DNA of 62,073 nt. Origin: Candidatus Pacebacteria bacterium RIFOXYA1_FULL_38_18 (GTDB taxonomy: Bacteria; Patescibacteriota; Microgenomatia; UBA1400; PJMF01). Position numbers and translations under genes: made by a program. Under the pieces are notes generated by a model. It was not told the DNA's origin, ran no database searches, and was given only the letters and a program-made list of their open reading frames with translations. This document shows, one piece after another, positions 34,664-45,156 of this stretch. Each line of letters begins with the position of its first letter. Position 1 is the first letter of the stretch. Location of the stretch: the NCBI GenBank assembly GCA_001787405.1, contig MFWV01000013.1, positions 1-62,073 on the forward strand, read 5' to 3'.

Positions 34664-35806
34664 ATGACAGACAATAGCTTGCCCACTAGTTCTTCTTCGG
34701 TTCCTTTTTCGACCCCATCTTCGACTCTCGCTCGGACTTCTTCTGCGGCTCCAGTTGCTACTTCTCCTGCGACGGATTCCAGCTCAAATTCATACGTAGA
34801 TTCTTATATACCTCCTTCTTTAGCTCAAAATCCTAGTCCAGTCTCAGCCAATCTTGAGCCAGTTGTCGATCAAACAGAATCGGCTTCCGACCAAGTTTTA
34901 TCGCCGAATTCTCCGAAACCCAGCCAACCCAAAAGTGATCCTTTGGCAGAACTAGAAAAGGCTTTGCAAGAGTACGAAACTTTGCGAAACCAAGAAAAAA
35001 GCGAAAATAAAAAAATCGTTGAGCAAGTGGAAGAAGTTAAAAAATCAACGGCTGACAGAGATCCTTTGATGGAATTAGAAGAAGTGTTAAATAAGTATGA
35101 AGATCGTTATAGACAAAATAAGGCGAACTCGACCAATTCATTACCATCTAGGCCAGTTTCTCCAGTTCCAGACCAAATGAAAAATGAGGAAAAGAAAGAA
35201 GAAAAAACTGCTGGAAGCGACTTGAACGACTCGGACGAAAGAACAATTTCTCAAGAAGAATATCGTGACATTCTAAAAAGCGATTCAGTGAAGTTGGCTG
35301 AAATCGATCAGTCAACCAATGAACCTGTTAAGCGAATCGATCAGTCAACCAATGAACCAATCAAATCAGTAGAACCGATTGAAGAACAAAATATTTTTGA
35401 GTTATTGGGAGTGATTGATGCTGATCAAGCAGATAAAGAGGCTTTTTTGGATGAGTTGCAACAGGCTCTTTGGGATGATTTTCTGGACAAAGACTTACCT
35501 CTTCTGGTAAAACCAGAACAATTAGAGGAAATTCAACAACTGCGTCAGCAAGACTCTCTTTCTGAAACTGAATTACAAAGTCAATTAATTGCCAAAGTAG
35601 AGGAATTGGTCCCTGATGTAGAAGAAATAATATTGGAAAAAGCTTTGGAATTGAAAGAAGTAATGATTAGAGAGCGCTTGATTGGATTAAAACAATATTT
35701 TACCAATAGAGCTTCTAAGCTTGATGAGATTCAAAAAGCTGAACAAGAATTTTCTGCAGAGCGTTGGAAGACTGGTGCGCAAATTCTCAACAACCTCACT
35801 GCTTGA
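34664..35806 (+). CDS. hypothetical S/P-rich and acidic coiled-coil protein
   Basis: Internal duplications: DPLAELEKALQEYE / DPLMELEEVLNKYE, and IDQSTNEPVKR / IDQSTNEPIKS. Confidence 0.4.
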   Translation: MTDNSLPTSSSSVPFSTPSSTLARTSSAAPVATSPATDSSSNSYVDSYIPPSLAQNPSPVSANLEPVVDQTESASDQVLSPNSPKPSQPKSDPLAELEKALQEYETLRNQEKSENKKIVEQVEEVKKSTADRDPLMELEEVLNKYEDRYRQNKANSTNSLPSRPVSPVPDQMKNEEKKEEKTAGSDLNDSDERTISQEEYRDILKSDSVKLAEIDQSTNEPVKRIDQSTNEPIKSVEPIEEQNIFELLGVIDADQADKEAFLDELQQALWDDFLDKDLPLLVKPEQLEEIQQLRQQDSLSETELQSQLIAKVEELVPDVEEIILEKALELKEVMIRERLIGLKQYFTNRASKLDEIQKAEQEFSAERWKTGAQILNNLTA

Positions 35807-35841
35807 GCTAGTATTTCTTGATAGCATTTGCTAGGCTCAGT

Positions 35842-36720
35842 ATGCTTATGCAACGTTTTATTTTGCCAAAAATTAAGTCATCTATATTTGAAAAAGAACA
35901 TGGTGTGTTTTGGTTTTCTAGTAAAGAATTGTTGTTGATTTGGGATAAGAAAAAGAAAAGTTTGTTTTTACCCGTTGGATCTGGTTTTGCTGATGGGCAA
36001 GTAGCAGATGTAGATGTAGCAGCTCATACCGTAATCAAATTATGCGAGATGATTGGTCTATCGGCAGCAAGTTTTTTCATTTGGCAGTCTGCAACCGTAT
36101 TTGTGCCCACCCTCAGCTCTCCTTTGGAGCGAAAAATTATCAAACAAGTTTTTCAAAAAGCTGGTTTCCAAAAAATCAATTTGGTAACATTTGCAACTGC
36201 TCTCAAGACATTTGCTCAACGTCAGGCAATACGTGAGGGAGTGGGGTTATATTTGGGTGATGATGTGAGTGAAGCAGTGATTTTTAGTCAGCAGGAACAA
36301 TTAAGTTTAAACTTTGACTATTTAAAAAAATCAGCTTATCAAACAATTAGAGAGTTACTACAAAGCGAGGTAGCATTGACGGTGTCTCAAGACTCAGTAG
36401 CCAAACTTTATCAGGCTTTAGGTCAAAATTTGGAAATTCAGTCTTTTGTATTGAGAGGCAAGAACATTCAAAATCAACAAGTAGTTACACTGTCTCTTTC
36501 TAGAAAACAATTAAAAACAATTATTGATTTGTTGCAAAAAAATTTGGAACTGGCTTGGCGTCGGTTGACAGCCAATAATTTATTTACTAATCACAATCTA
36601 GACCAATGGTTGGTGGTAGGAGATGCTTTTGTTTATCATTTCATGCAAAAACAGCAAGTTGCTCAAGTTTTATTTTTACACTCGGAACTAGAAATAATTC
36701 AAGGAGTCGAATGGTTTTAA
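35842..36720 (+). CDS. degenerate MreB/actin-fold paralog (nucleotide-binding motifs lost)
   Basis: ATVFVPTLSSPLERKIIKQVFQKAGFQKINLVTFATALKTFA and GLYLGDDVSEAVIF parallel MreB. Phosphate-1 is FWFSSKELLLIW instead of DLGSSITRIW. Confidence 0.5.
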   Translation: MLMQRFILPKIKSSIFEKEHGVFWFSSKELLLIWDKKKKSLFLPVGSGFADGQVADVDVAAHTVIKLCEMIGLSAASFFIWQSATVFVPTLSSPLERKIIKQVFQKAGFQKINLVTFATALKTFAQRQAIREGVGLYLGDDVSEAVIFSQQEQLSLNFDYLKKSAYQTIRELLQSEVALTVSQDSVAKLYQALGQNLEIQSFVLRGKNIQNQQVVTLSLSRKQLKTIIDLLQKNLELAWRRLTANNLFTNHNLDQWLVVGDAFVYHFMQKQQVAQVLFLHSELEIIQGVEWF

Positions 36721-37502
36721 AAGATATTTTAACTATTTTTCCTCAAGTAAAGCTAGCTAATTGGCAAAAAACAGTCATTATTTTGGGCATTTTTTTGGTG
36801 CTGGATTTAGCGGGATTGACTCCACCAATTACCACGGCAATCAATCGCAATTTATTGCCAGTAAAAAAGGTTTGGATTGGTGGATTTAATCAAGTGTTTG
36901 GATTTTGGAAAGATGTGGAAAAATTACCCAAAGCGATTCAGCGCATCCAAGACTTGGAACTGCGGCTCGCGGAAACCTCGGCATCACTAGCGGAACTAGA
37001 GTCGCTTCGTCGCGAAAACGAAGAATTAAAGTTCCTGCTCAACAATACCGATCGAATTGGTGAAAGAGTTGTTTTGACCAGTCCCATCGTGGCTTTTGCT
37101 AGGCCAGCCATTGCTGCTGGTAGTGCAGAGGGGGTGCAAGTGGGATCGGCGGTTTTGAGTAGAGATATTTTATTGGGTCAAGTTTCGGCAGTGAGTGCTC
37201 ATGAAGCCAGAATTGCTTTGCTTTCAAGTAAAGATGCTCGCTCGGTTTTGGCCAAAACTAGCTTGGGAACGATGGGTTTAATCAGAGGAGACGGCAAAAA
37301 AATTATTTTTGATGAAGTGGCCAAAACCGAGCCATTAATGGTAGGGGAACGAATCATCACAGCAGGTCAACCCCAGATTGAGCAGAATCTTTCAATCGGC
37401 AGAATTACCAAAATCATTGATAGTCCGTCTGCATCGGTAAAACAAGCAATAGTAGAGCAGTACGTATCATTTTTTGAAGTACCTCTAGTGGAAATACGTT
37501 AA
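36711..37502 (+). CDS. mreC: rod shape-determining protein MreC
   Basis: AAGGAG SD at 36701. TM, then coiled coil (LELRLAETSASLAELESLRRENEELKFLL), then a beta-barrel region (VGSAVLSRDILLGQVSAV..VGERIITAGQ..LSIGRITKI). Confidence 0.7.
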   Translation: MVLKDILTIFPQVKLANWQKTVIILGIFLVLDLAGLTPPITTAINRNLLPVKKVWIGGFNQVFGFWKDVEKLPKAIQRIQDLELRLAETSASLAELESLRRENEELKFLLNNTDRIGERVVLTSPIVAFARPAIAAGSAEGVQVGSAVLSRDILLGQVSAVSAHEARIALLSSKDARSVLAKTSLGTMGLIRGDGKKIIFDEVAKTEPLMVGERIITAGQPQIEQNLSIGRITKIIDSPSASVKQAIVEQYVSFFEVPLVEIR

Positions 37503-37951
37503 TGAAAAACAATTCAATTTTCTTTTTTCGTCTAGTAGCTTGGACTATATTGGTTAGTTTGGAATCGGTAATAGGTTTGCCCTGGCTAAGCTTATGGTTG
37601 AGTGGGGAGTGGCTAATGGGTTTTTCACCCAATACAGAATTGATTAGCCTCTTTATGTTGGCTGTGATCATGGCCTCAGTTTATGCTCTGCCTTTGACTG
37701 TTTCTGGTTTAGCCATAATTATTATTTGGTTTGCTTGGAAAAAATACAGAAGAAGCAATGGAATTTATCTAGTTTATTTGGTTTGTACAGTACTATTGAT
37801 TGGTGTGATAACAAAAACAAAGCTATCTTGGATTATTAGTTTATCAACCATCATTAGCTGGTTGATCTTTTTTAAGATAAGTGGTGTTTCTTTGATAAAA
37901 AAATTATGGCAAAAAAACGATTCAATTTTTTTGGACAAAAGAGTTCGCTAA
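37502..37951 (+). CDS. mreD: MreD-like membrane protein
   Basis: 149 aa, about 4-5 TM helices. ATG overlaps the mreC stop (TAATG). Call is by position between mreC and PBP2. Confidence 0.45.
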   Translation: MKNNSIFFFRLVAWTILVSLESVIGLPWLSLWLSGEWLMGFSPNTELISLFMLAVIMASVYALPLTVSGLAIIIIWFAWKKYRRSNGIYLVYLVCTVLLIGVITKTKLSWIISLSTIISWLIFFKISGVSLIKKLWQKNDSIFLDKRVR

Positions 37952-39948
37952 GGCGAGTAAAGAATCCAAAAAGAATAGACACCTTCATTCAAAAAATCAA
38001 CATAATAGCTATGTTGGTATTATCTCTTTTGATTATCCGAGTGATCGATTTACAAATCTTCAACGGTAATTTTTATCGTCAAATTTCTGAAGATAATCGC
38101 CAATTTAGAGTTAATATTCCCGCTGAGCGAGGAACATTTCTGGACCGCTATGGTGATCCTCTGGTTTTAAATATTCGTCAATATTTTCGCTATGACAATC
38201 CGTTGGCTGCTTATTCCACCATGACGCCTGTGAGCCAACTAGAAGCTTTACAACTCAAGACAGAACAACCTTTTGCAGTAGGTTATCGTCTACAACGCCA
38301 ATACACTAGACCATTTTCTATGGCTCATGTTTTGGGCTACACTTCCGTAGTCAATCAAGATGACTTAAAAAACAACAATGCCTTGCTTTTGACTGATGCA
38401 GTGGGTAGATTGGGCCTGGAACAGCGCTTTGATGAGTTATTGCGTGGTAAAGATGGCTATCAAGAGTTTGAGATTAATGCTTTGGGAGAAAAACAGGCAG
38501 AGCAAGTGAAGATAGAACCTCAACCCGGTCTTTCTTTAAACACTACTTTAGACCCTTTTTTGTCTACGGTAGCCTGGAGAGCAATGGGCAATAAAGCAGG
38601 TGCAGTAGTGATTTTAAATGCAGAAACAGGTGAACTATTGTCATTGGTTAGTACTCCCAGCTTTAATAGTAATTTATTTACAATAAAATTTGATCAAGAT
38701 GATCAGCAACGATCCACGGCTTTGCAAACAGCTTTGGCGGATGAGCGAAAACTCTTTTTCAATAGAGCCATTAGTGGTTTATATCCGCCTGGTTCAATTT
38801 TTAAATTGGTAACGGCTGTGGCTGGTTTGGAAAATAATGCTTTTGGTTTGGATACAACGGTGGATGATCAGGGAATTTTGAAGGTCAATGATTTCCAATA
38901 TGCCAACTGGTATTACACTCAATATGGTCGAACAGAAGGGCTTATTTCTCTAGTACATGCTATTACTCGTAGCAACGATATTTTCTTTTATAAAGCTGCG
39001 GAATGGACAGGCATCACGGCTCTGGCACAGAAAGCTAGAGAATTTGGTTTTGGTTCTCTAACCAAGATTGAAGTGCCTGGTGAAAAAGCTGGTTTAGTGC
39101 CAGATCCAGAGTGGAAAGAAAAGACAATGGGTGAGCGATGGTATTTGGGTAATACCTATCATTTTGGTATTGGTCAGGGTGATTTATTGGCCACACCTTT
39201 GCAGTTAACTCAAATGGTGGCTTTATTTGGCAATGATGGGCGATTGTGCCAACCATTTGTGATTCAGGATCAGGCGGAACAAAAAATCAACTGCGCTTCT
39301 CTGGGCATTGGCGAGACAAATTTGGCAGCTATTCAGGAGGGAATGATTGGAGCTTGTTCCGCAGGGGGAACGGCTTTTCCCTTTTTTGACTGGAATGCTC
39401 GCAGAGAATTCCTCCCTTCAGATCTCAGTCCTGCAGAACAAATTAGAAGAGGAGTGGTGGCTTGCAAAACCGGTACGGCAGAGTTTGGCGCGAGTGATGA
39501 GCAGGGCTACCGCAAGACCAATGCTTTATTTGGGATGGTAATCGGTGGTTTGCCAACATTATTGGCAGATGACTTGGCAAGTTTATCAGATTCTCCAGAG
39601 GTTCTGGCAGAAGAAATGGCTTCTTTGAATTCGCAGATTACTATCAAAGAAAACTTGGATGCTACTCAAGAAAACGCATCTTCTACAAAGGCAGGAATAA
39701 TTTCTGAAGAAAAACTAGATTTAACTCAAGAGCGTCAAGCTTGGCTCAGACGCGTTAAACTTCATGGATTTCCTCAAACACTAGCTATTATGGTTTTAGT
39801 AGAGAGTGATGAAGCACAGCTTTTTGCCGAGGGATCTAGAGAAGCAGCTCCGATAGCCAGAACAATCATTGATTGGCTGGCCGGCCAAGCCATTCCTGAG
39901 GAATTATCAGAGGAACTATCCGTTGAAGATAGTCAAACTCTTCCATAA
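37906..39948 (+). CDS. mrdA: penicillin-binding protein 2 (elongasome transpeptidase)
   Basis: TM anchor. SxxK (PGSIFKLVTA), SxN (TRSNDIFFY), KTG (CKTGTAE). About 90-aa acidic insertion after KTG. Confidence 0.85.
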   Translation: MAKKRFNFFGQKSSLRRVKNPKRIDTFIQKINIIAMLVLSLLIIRVIDLQIFNGNFYRQISEDNRQFRVNIPAERGTFLDRYGDPLVLNIRQYFRYDNPLAAYSTMTPVSQLEALQLKTEQPFAVGYRLQRQYTRPFSMAHVLGYTSVVNQDDLKNNNALLLTDAVGRLGLEQRFDELLRGKDGYQEFEINALGEKQAEQVKIEPQPGLSLNTTLDPFLSTVAWRAMGNKAGAVVILNAETGELLSLVSTPSFNSNLFTIKFDQDDQQRSTALQTALADERKLFFNRAISGLYPPGSIFKLVTAVAGLENNAFGLDTTVDDQGILKVNDFQYANWYYTQYGRTEGLISLVHAITRSNDIFFYKAAEWTGITALAQKAREFGFGSLTKIEVPGEKAGLVPDPEWKEKTMGERWYLGNTYHFGIGQGDLLATPLQLTQMVALFGNDGRLCQPFVIQDQAEQKINCASLGIGETNLAAIQEGMIGACSAGGTAFPFFDWNARREFLPSDLSPAEQIRRGVVACKTGTAEFGASDEQGYRKTNALFGMVIGGLPTLLADDLASLSDSPEVLAEEMASLNSQITIKENLDATQENASSTKAGIISEEKLDLTQERQAWLRRVKLHGFPQTLAIMVLVESDEAQLFAEGSREAAPIARTIIDWLAGQAIPEELSEELSVEDSQTLP

Positions 39949-40014
39949 TTAGCAATTAACTCAGTTTTCTCCCCGTGTTACATTTTATGTCAGATTTTTA
40001 TTGATACTATTCGT

Positions 40015-41109
40015 ATGGTTTGGTCAAAAAAATTTCAAACAGCGCTGTATGCAATTGATGGAGTGGGGCCGGCAACTTTCAATGCAATTCTCAATGCCCT
40101 AACTAAACACGAAGTGACTGAACAAGAGTTTTGGGTAAATAAGGCTCAAATTTGGCAAGAAATATCTTTGGATAAAAAGATTGTAGAATCAATAAAAAAG
40201 TTTAAAAAAGAACATAATATTAATTCATATTACGAGCAATTATTAAGTAAAGATGTTCGGGTGGTATTAAAAAGTGATTTGGAGTTTCCCGGTTTATTGA
40301 ATCAGCTTGACCGATCTCCTCCGCTTTTGTTTGCCAGAGGAGCTCAGTTGACGGGCAGAGAATCTTTTTTGGGAGTAGTGGGTACTAGAAACATTACTGA
40401 ATATGGTCGACGAGTGATCACTGAATTTATTCCTTCCTTGATTCAATTTGGAAAAACCATTACTTCTGGATTTATGTATGGAGTAGATGCCGTTGCTCAA
40501 CGAACCGCCCTGCAGGCAAATGGCAAAACAGTGGGAATCTTGGGTTTTGGTTTTGATTTCATGTATCCTCCAGAACACCAGGCTTTATTTACATATTTTT
40601 TAAATCAGGGAGCAACTTTTTTAAGCCCTTTTGCTCCACATATTTCAGCCAAACCTGGCAATTTTCCGGCCAGAAATGCAATCGTGGCAGGTATGAGCGA
40701 GGGGGTTTTGGTTATTGAAGGGGCAGTTGATAGTGGCAGTTTAATTACCGCTCACTATGCTGCTGAATTTGGTCGAGAAGTTTGGGCAGTGCCCGGTTCT
40801 ATTTTTAATGAATTTTCAGCAGGCACGCAAATCCTGATCAATGAGGGTGCTCAGTTGGTTAATAGCGCAAGAGATATCTTAGGTATTTCGCCAGTAACTC
40901 AAAATAGACAAAATGCGCATCGAGCTTGGGAGAGCTTTTCTCCTGTCAAAAAAACCATTTGTGAGAGTTTGGACTTGGAAGCATTGCCGATTGATCAATT
41001 GGCAAGCAAACTCAATTACCATCCATCAGAACTAGCTATTATTTTGGTAGAACTTGAGTTACTCGGTGTAATTGAGCAGGTGGGAAATAAATGGAAATTG
41101 GCGATTTAG
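40015..41109 (+). CDS. dprA: DNA-processing protein DprA
   Basis: GVVGTRNITEYGRRV..GFMYGVDAVAQR..PARNAIVAGMSEGVLVIEG, with a C-terminal winged helix. Confidence 0.85.
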   Translation: MVWSKKFQTALYAIDGVGPATFNAILNALTKHEVTEQEFWVNKAQIWQEISLDKKIVESIKKFKKEHNINSYYEQLLSKDVRVVLKSDLEFPGLLNQLDRSPPLLFARGAQLTGRESFLGVVGTRNITEYGRRVITEFIPSLIQFGKTITSGFMYGVDAVAQRTALQANGKTVGILGFGFDFMYPPEHQALFTYFLNQGATFLSPFAPHISAKPGNFPARNAIVAGMSEGVLVIEGAVDSGSLITAHYAAEFGREVWAVPGSIFNEFSAGTQILINEGAQLVNSARDILGISPVTQNRQNAHRAWESFSPVKKTICESLDLEALPIDQLASKLNYHPSELAIILVELELLGVIEQVGNKWKLAI

Positions 41110-41138
41110 TTGATCGATAGTGTATAGTCGTTGTTTGT

Positions 41139-43373
41139 ATGGCTAGTAAAATTCCGCTAGTGGTAGTTGAATCTCCCACCAAAGCTCGCAAACTTAGAGA
41201 TTATTTGGGCGACGGTTTTGTTGTGGAAGCCTCAGTCGGTCATATTCGTGATTTGCCCAAGTCCAAATTGGGTATCGATATCGATCATGATTTTGAACCA
41301 GAATACGCAGTAGTTCCCGGTAAGCAAAAAGTCATCACTCAACTCAAAAAACAGGCCAAAAACGCTGACAAAATTTATCTAGCAATGGATCCTGATCGAG
41401 AAGGAGAGGCAATTGCTTGGCATGTCAAACATATCTTGACTGAAAAAGGGACTGATAGAGAGTTTTTACGAGCCACCTTCCATCAAATTACCAAAGATGC
41501 CGTTCAAGAAGCCATGGCTCATCCCAGCAAGATTTTAATGGAGTTGGTAGATGCTCAGCAAGCCAGACGTGTTGTTGATCGTTTGGTTGGCTACAAAGTA
41601 TCGCCAGTATTATGGAAAAAAGTGCGTCGCGGTTTATCGGCTGGACGAGTGCAATCAGTGGCTTTGCGTTTGATTGTAGAGCGTGAACGAGAAATTGAAG
41701 CCTTCAAACCGGAGGAATATTGGGAAATAGCGGTGGGTTTGAATGTTGAAGACAGTAAAATAACTGTTTTTGCAGATAACAAGCCAATTCAGCCTTTGCC
41801 AATAGGCATTTTTGTTGCTCAAGTTACCAAAGTTGATACCAAGAAATATGAGCCAAAGCAAGAAAAAGATGTTACACCAGTCATCGATCTTTTGGAAAAA
41901 GCAGCTTACACCATTGTCAAAATCGAGCAAAAAGATCGTCAACGTCACAGCCTGCCACCTTTTATAACTTCTACTTTGCAACAATCAGCCGCCAATCGTC
42001 TTGGTTTTTCTGCCAAACAAACCATGGCGGTTGCTCAGCAACTTTATGAAGAAGGAATCATTACCTATCACCGAACAGATTCATTTACACTGGCTGCTTC
42101 AGCCTTAAATGATGCTCGGCAGGTAGTAAAAACCGAGTTTGGACAGGAATATCTACCGGAAAAAGTGAGAGTATTTGCCAATAAATCCAAAAATGCCCAA
42201 GAAGCTCATGAAGCAATTCGTCCCACAAATGCCAAACTGCACCCGAATCAATTATTGGCAAAAATCAGTAGTTTATCCACTCGTCATCAAAAACTTTATG
42301 ATCTAATTTGGCGACGCTTGATTGCCAGTCAGATGGCACCGGCTCGTTATAAACAAACCAAAGCAACGATTGAAGCCAAACATCAACAGGCAACAGCTGA
42401 ATTGATAGCCAATGGCTCGATTCAAGAATTTGCTGGCTGGACAATATTGTTCAAAAACTCAGAGGACGTTATTTTACCTGATCTAGCCGAACAGCAATCA
42501 GTGTATAGAGCAGACATCAATCCTCAGCAGAAATTTACTTTACCTCCACCACGCTACAATGATGCTTCTTTGATCAAAGAATTGGAAAAACGAGGCATTG
42601 GTCGGCCTAGCACTTACGCCAGTATCATTTCTGTGATTTTGGATCGCGGTTATGTGGAGCGAATCGAAAAACGTTTTTGGGCAACCAATATTGGTAAAGT
42701 GGTCAGCGATTTCCTACTGCAATATTTTCCTGTCATTATGGACTATGATTTCACGGCAGAAATGGAAGAGGATTTGGATAGAATTGCTAGAGGTGAGAAA
42801 GAATGGCGTCAGGTAGTTGGTAATTTCTTTTTACCACTTTCCAAAAAGATTAAAGAAGTTGAAGAGACTGCTGATCGAGCAGAAATTCCAGTAGAAAAAA
42901 CCGGAGAAAAATGCCCTCTATGCGGTGAAACCGATCAGGGAGAAATAGTAATTCGTGAAGGTAAATTTGGTAAGTTTAGAAGTTGCAATCGTTTCCCAGA
43001 TTGTAAATTTACGGAAAATATCGTTGAAAAATTGGCAGGGCAGCGATGTCCATTGTGCGGTGAGGGCGATGTAGTGATCAAACCTACTCGCTGGCGTCGT
43101 AATTTTTATGGTTGCAGTCGTTATCCAAAGTGTAATTGGGCTAGTTGGAGCAAACCCGAACCAGATCTTAAAATTACACCTGAAGAGTGGGCGATAGAAC
43201 AACAAAAACGTGAAGAGCGCAAACAAAGACGATCAGCAGGCAAAACCGCAAAGCTCAAAAAATCCAAGAAAAATTCTGGCTCCAAAAAGTCCAAGAAATC
43301 TAAACCTGCCAAAAAATCTGCCAAAAAACCGACCAAAAAAACCACCCAAAAATCTACACAAAAAAAGAAGTAA
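41139..43373 (+). CDS. topA: DNA topoisomerase I
   Basis: VVVESPTKARKL (Toprim), DPDREGEAIAWH, TYHRTDS active-site Tyr region, two CxxC..C zinc ribbons, K-rich tail. Confidence 0.95.
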   Translation: MASKIPLVVVESPTKARKLRDYLGDGFVVEASVGHIRDLPKSKLGIDIDHDFEPEYAVVPGKQKVITQLKKQAKNADKIYLAMDPDREGEAIAWHVKHILTEKGTDREFLRATFHQITKDAVQEAMAHPSKILMELVDAQQARRVVDRLVGYKVSPVLWKKVRRGLSAGRVQSVALRLIVEREREIEAFKPEEYWEIAVGLNVEDSKITVFADNKPIQPLPIGIFVAQVTKVDTKKYEPKQEKDVTPVIDLLEKAAYTIVKIEQKDRQRHSLPPFITSTLQQSAANRLGFSAKQTMAVAQQLYEEGIITYHRTDSFTLAASALNDARQVVKTEFGQEYLPEKVRVFANKSKNAQEAHEAIRPTNAKLHPNQLLAKISSLSTRHQKLYDLIWRRLIASQMAPARYKQTKATIEAKHQQATAELIANGSIQEFAGWTILFKNSEDVILPDLAEQQSVYRADINPQQKFTLPPPRYNDASLIKELEKRGIGRPSTYASIISVILDRGYVERIEKRFWATNIGKVVSDFLLQYFPVIMDYDFTAEMEEDLDRIARGEKEWRQVVGNFFLPLSKKIKEVEETADRAEIPVEKTGEKCPLCGETDQGEIVIREGKFGKFRSCNRFPDCKFTENIVEKLAGQRCPLCGEGDVVIKPTRWRRNFYGCSRYPKCNWASWSKPEPDLKITPEEWAIEQQKREERKQRRSAGKTAKLKKSKKNSGSKKSKKSKPAKKSAKKPTKKTTQKSTQKKK

Positions 43374-43382
43374 AATACCACA

Positions 43383-43961
43383 ATGAAAATTGTTTTATTT
43401 GGTGGAGCTTTTGACCCACCCCATTTGGGCCACCAACATATCACTCAAATTTTGCTTAATCAGCAGATCGCTGATGAAGTTTGGTATGTACCCACTAAAG
43501 AACATCCTTTCTCCAAATCAATGAGTCCGGTAGTTCATCGTTTGGCAATGTTGAAATTGATTATCAATAACCCCCGAATCAAGATTGAAAAGTATGAATT
43601 GGAAAAGGGGGGAATTAGTTATTCTCGCGATACACTTGATTATTTATCAAATAAATATCCTCAACACAGTTTTGCTTGGATTATTGGCTCAGATAATTTG
43701 CCAGATTTTCATAAATGGGGTGATAGTCAGGGAAGAGATTATCAAGATTTGCTCGATCATTATCGTTTTTATGTTTATCCACGCAAGAATTTTGCACTCA
43801 AGCCTTTGTATAAAAACATGATTCCTTTGGAGCAAATGAAAGAAATAGAGGTTTCTTCAACAGTGGTGCGTCAAAATGTTAAACAAAGTCAGCCCATCAC
43901 AAAACTAGTTGATCCTTTGGTAAAAGAATATATACACACTCATCATTTATACGTAGAATAA
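43383..43961 (+). CDS. nadD: nicotinate-nucleotide adenylyltransferase
   Basis: LFGGAFDPPHLGH; ISSTVVR-like EVSSTVVR. Confidence 0.85.
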   Translation: MKIVLFGGAFDPPHLGHQHITQILLNQQIADEVWYVPTKEHPFSKSMSPVVHRLAMLKLIINNPRIKIEKYELEKGGISYSRDTLDYLSNKYPQHSFAWIIGSDNLPDFHKWGDSQGRDYQDLLDHYRFYVYPRKNFALKPLYKNMIPLEQMKEIEVSSTVVRQNVKQSQPITKLVDPLVKEYIHTHHLYVE

Positions 43962-43971
43962 TTTTCTGATT

Positions 43972-44271
43972 ATGTCAGCTGTCAAATACAAACAATATTT
44001 TCAAATGATGATTGAACAAAACAAGGTTTTGTTCGCTGAATTTGCCAAAGCGCACGAACAATACCAAGCCGATCCTTCAAAACATGAGCAAGAGTTTAAT
44101 CAGTTGGGCAGCCAAGTCACTGAGGAAGTACGCAATTGGGATCGTAGATTATGTTCGGCAATGGGCAGAGGCCAATTTAGTCAGTACTCACAAAACTTAT
44201 CGGAAAAATTTTGGGGAGAAATACGCAAACTTTTTCCGCTGATTGATCAGGTGGGAGTGATCAAAAAGTAA
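43972..44271 (+). CDS. hypothetical protein
   Basis: 99-aa helical ORF between nadD and nadE. Confidence 0.4.
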   Translation: MSAVKYKQYFQMMIEQNKVLFAEFAKAHEQYQADPSKHEQEFNQLGSQVTEEVRNWDRRLCSAMGRGQFSQYSQNLSEKFWGEIRKLFPLIDQVGVIKK

Positions 44272-44303
44272 CTCTCATTATAGTTCTCACGTATAATGAT
44301 TCT

Positions 44304-45074
44304 ATGACAGATCTTCATCTCAAAAACATCGAACAGACTAAGACTCAGATCATAAAGTTTATCAAAACCACCTATGCTAGAGCAAACAAACAAACGGCAG
44401 TGATTGCAGTTTCTGGGGGGATTGATAGTGCCGTTTCTCTAACCCTTTTGGCAGAGGCATTGGGAAGCAATCAAGTTTTTCCAGTTTTTTTACCCTATCA
44501 CGAGCAAGACATGACAGACGCCAAAGAAATTGTTCTTTGGAATAAAATTCCAGAAGCTAATTGGCGAGAGATTCCCATTGGTAATTCGGTTGATCAATTG
44601 GCGCACAATTTACTGATTGATGCTGATGATCAAATACGTTTAGGCAATGTTATGGCTCGCGTCAGAATGATTGCTGTTTTTGATTTAGCCAAAAAAATAA
44701 ATGCTCTAGTTTGTGGTACGGAAAATAAATCAGAATATTATTTGGGCTACTTTACTCGCTTTGGTGATGAGGCTGCAGACATTGAGCCACTGCTGAGTCT
44801 TTATAAAACTCAGGTGAGGCAACTGGCGAAACACTTGAAATTACCCGCTCAATTTCTCCATAAAGCTCCTTCGGCTGATTTGTGGACTGGTCAAACAGAT
44901 GAGCAAGAGTTGGGCTTTTTTTATAAAGATGCAGATTTGATCTTGGAGCAGTTAGTTGATCAAAAAAAACAATTAAGTGAAGTGGGTGACGTGGATTCAC
45001 GAATTGTTCAGCAAGTAGCTGAGCGAATGGAAAAAATGGCTTTCAAACACCAAGTACCTTATGTTTTGCAGTAG
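44304..45074 (+). CDS. nadE: NH3-dependent NAD+ synthetase
   Basis: AVSGGIDSAVSL PP-loop. GTENKSEYYLGYFTRFGD. Confidence 0.85.
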   Translation: MTDLHLKNIEQTKTQIIKFIKTTYARANKQTAVIAVSGGIDSAVSLTLLAEALGSNQVFPVFLPYHEQDMTDAKEIVLWNKIPEANWREIPIGNSVDQLAHNLLIDADDQIRLGNVMARVRMIAVFDLAKKINALVCGTENKSEYYLGYFTRFGDEAADIEPLLSLYKTQVRQLAKHLKLPAQFLHKAPSADLWTGQTDEQELGFFYKDADLILEQLVDQKKQLSEVGDVDSRIVQQVAERMEKMAFKHQVPYVLQ

Positions 45075-45156
45075 AACTGGTTTTTCTTCTTTAATTTCTT
45101 TTTGAAATTTTGACTGGACAGATTCCCTAATTTTCCCTACATTAGCTATAACTTCT

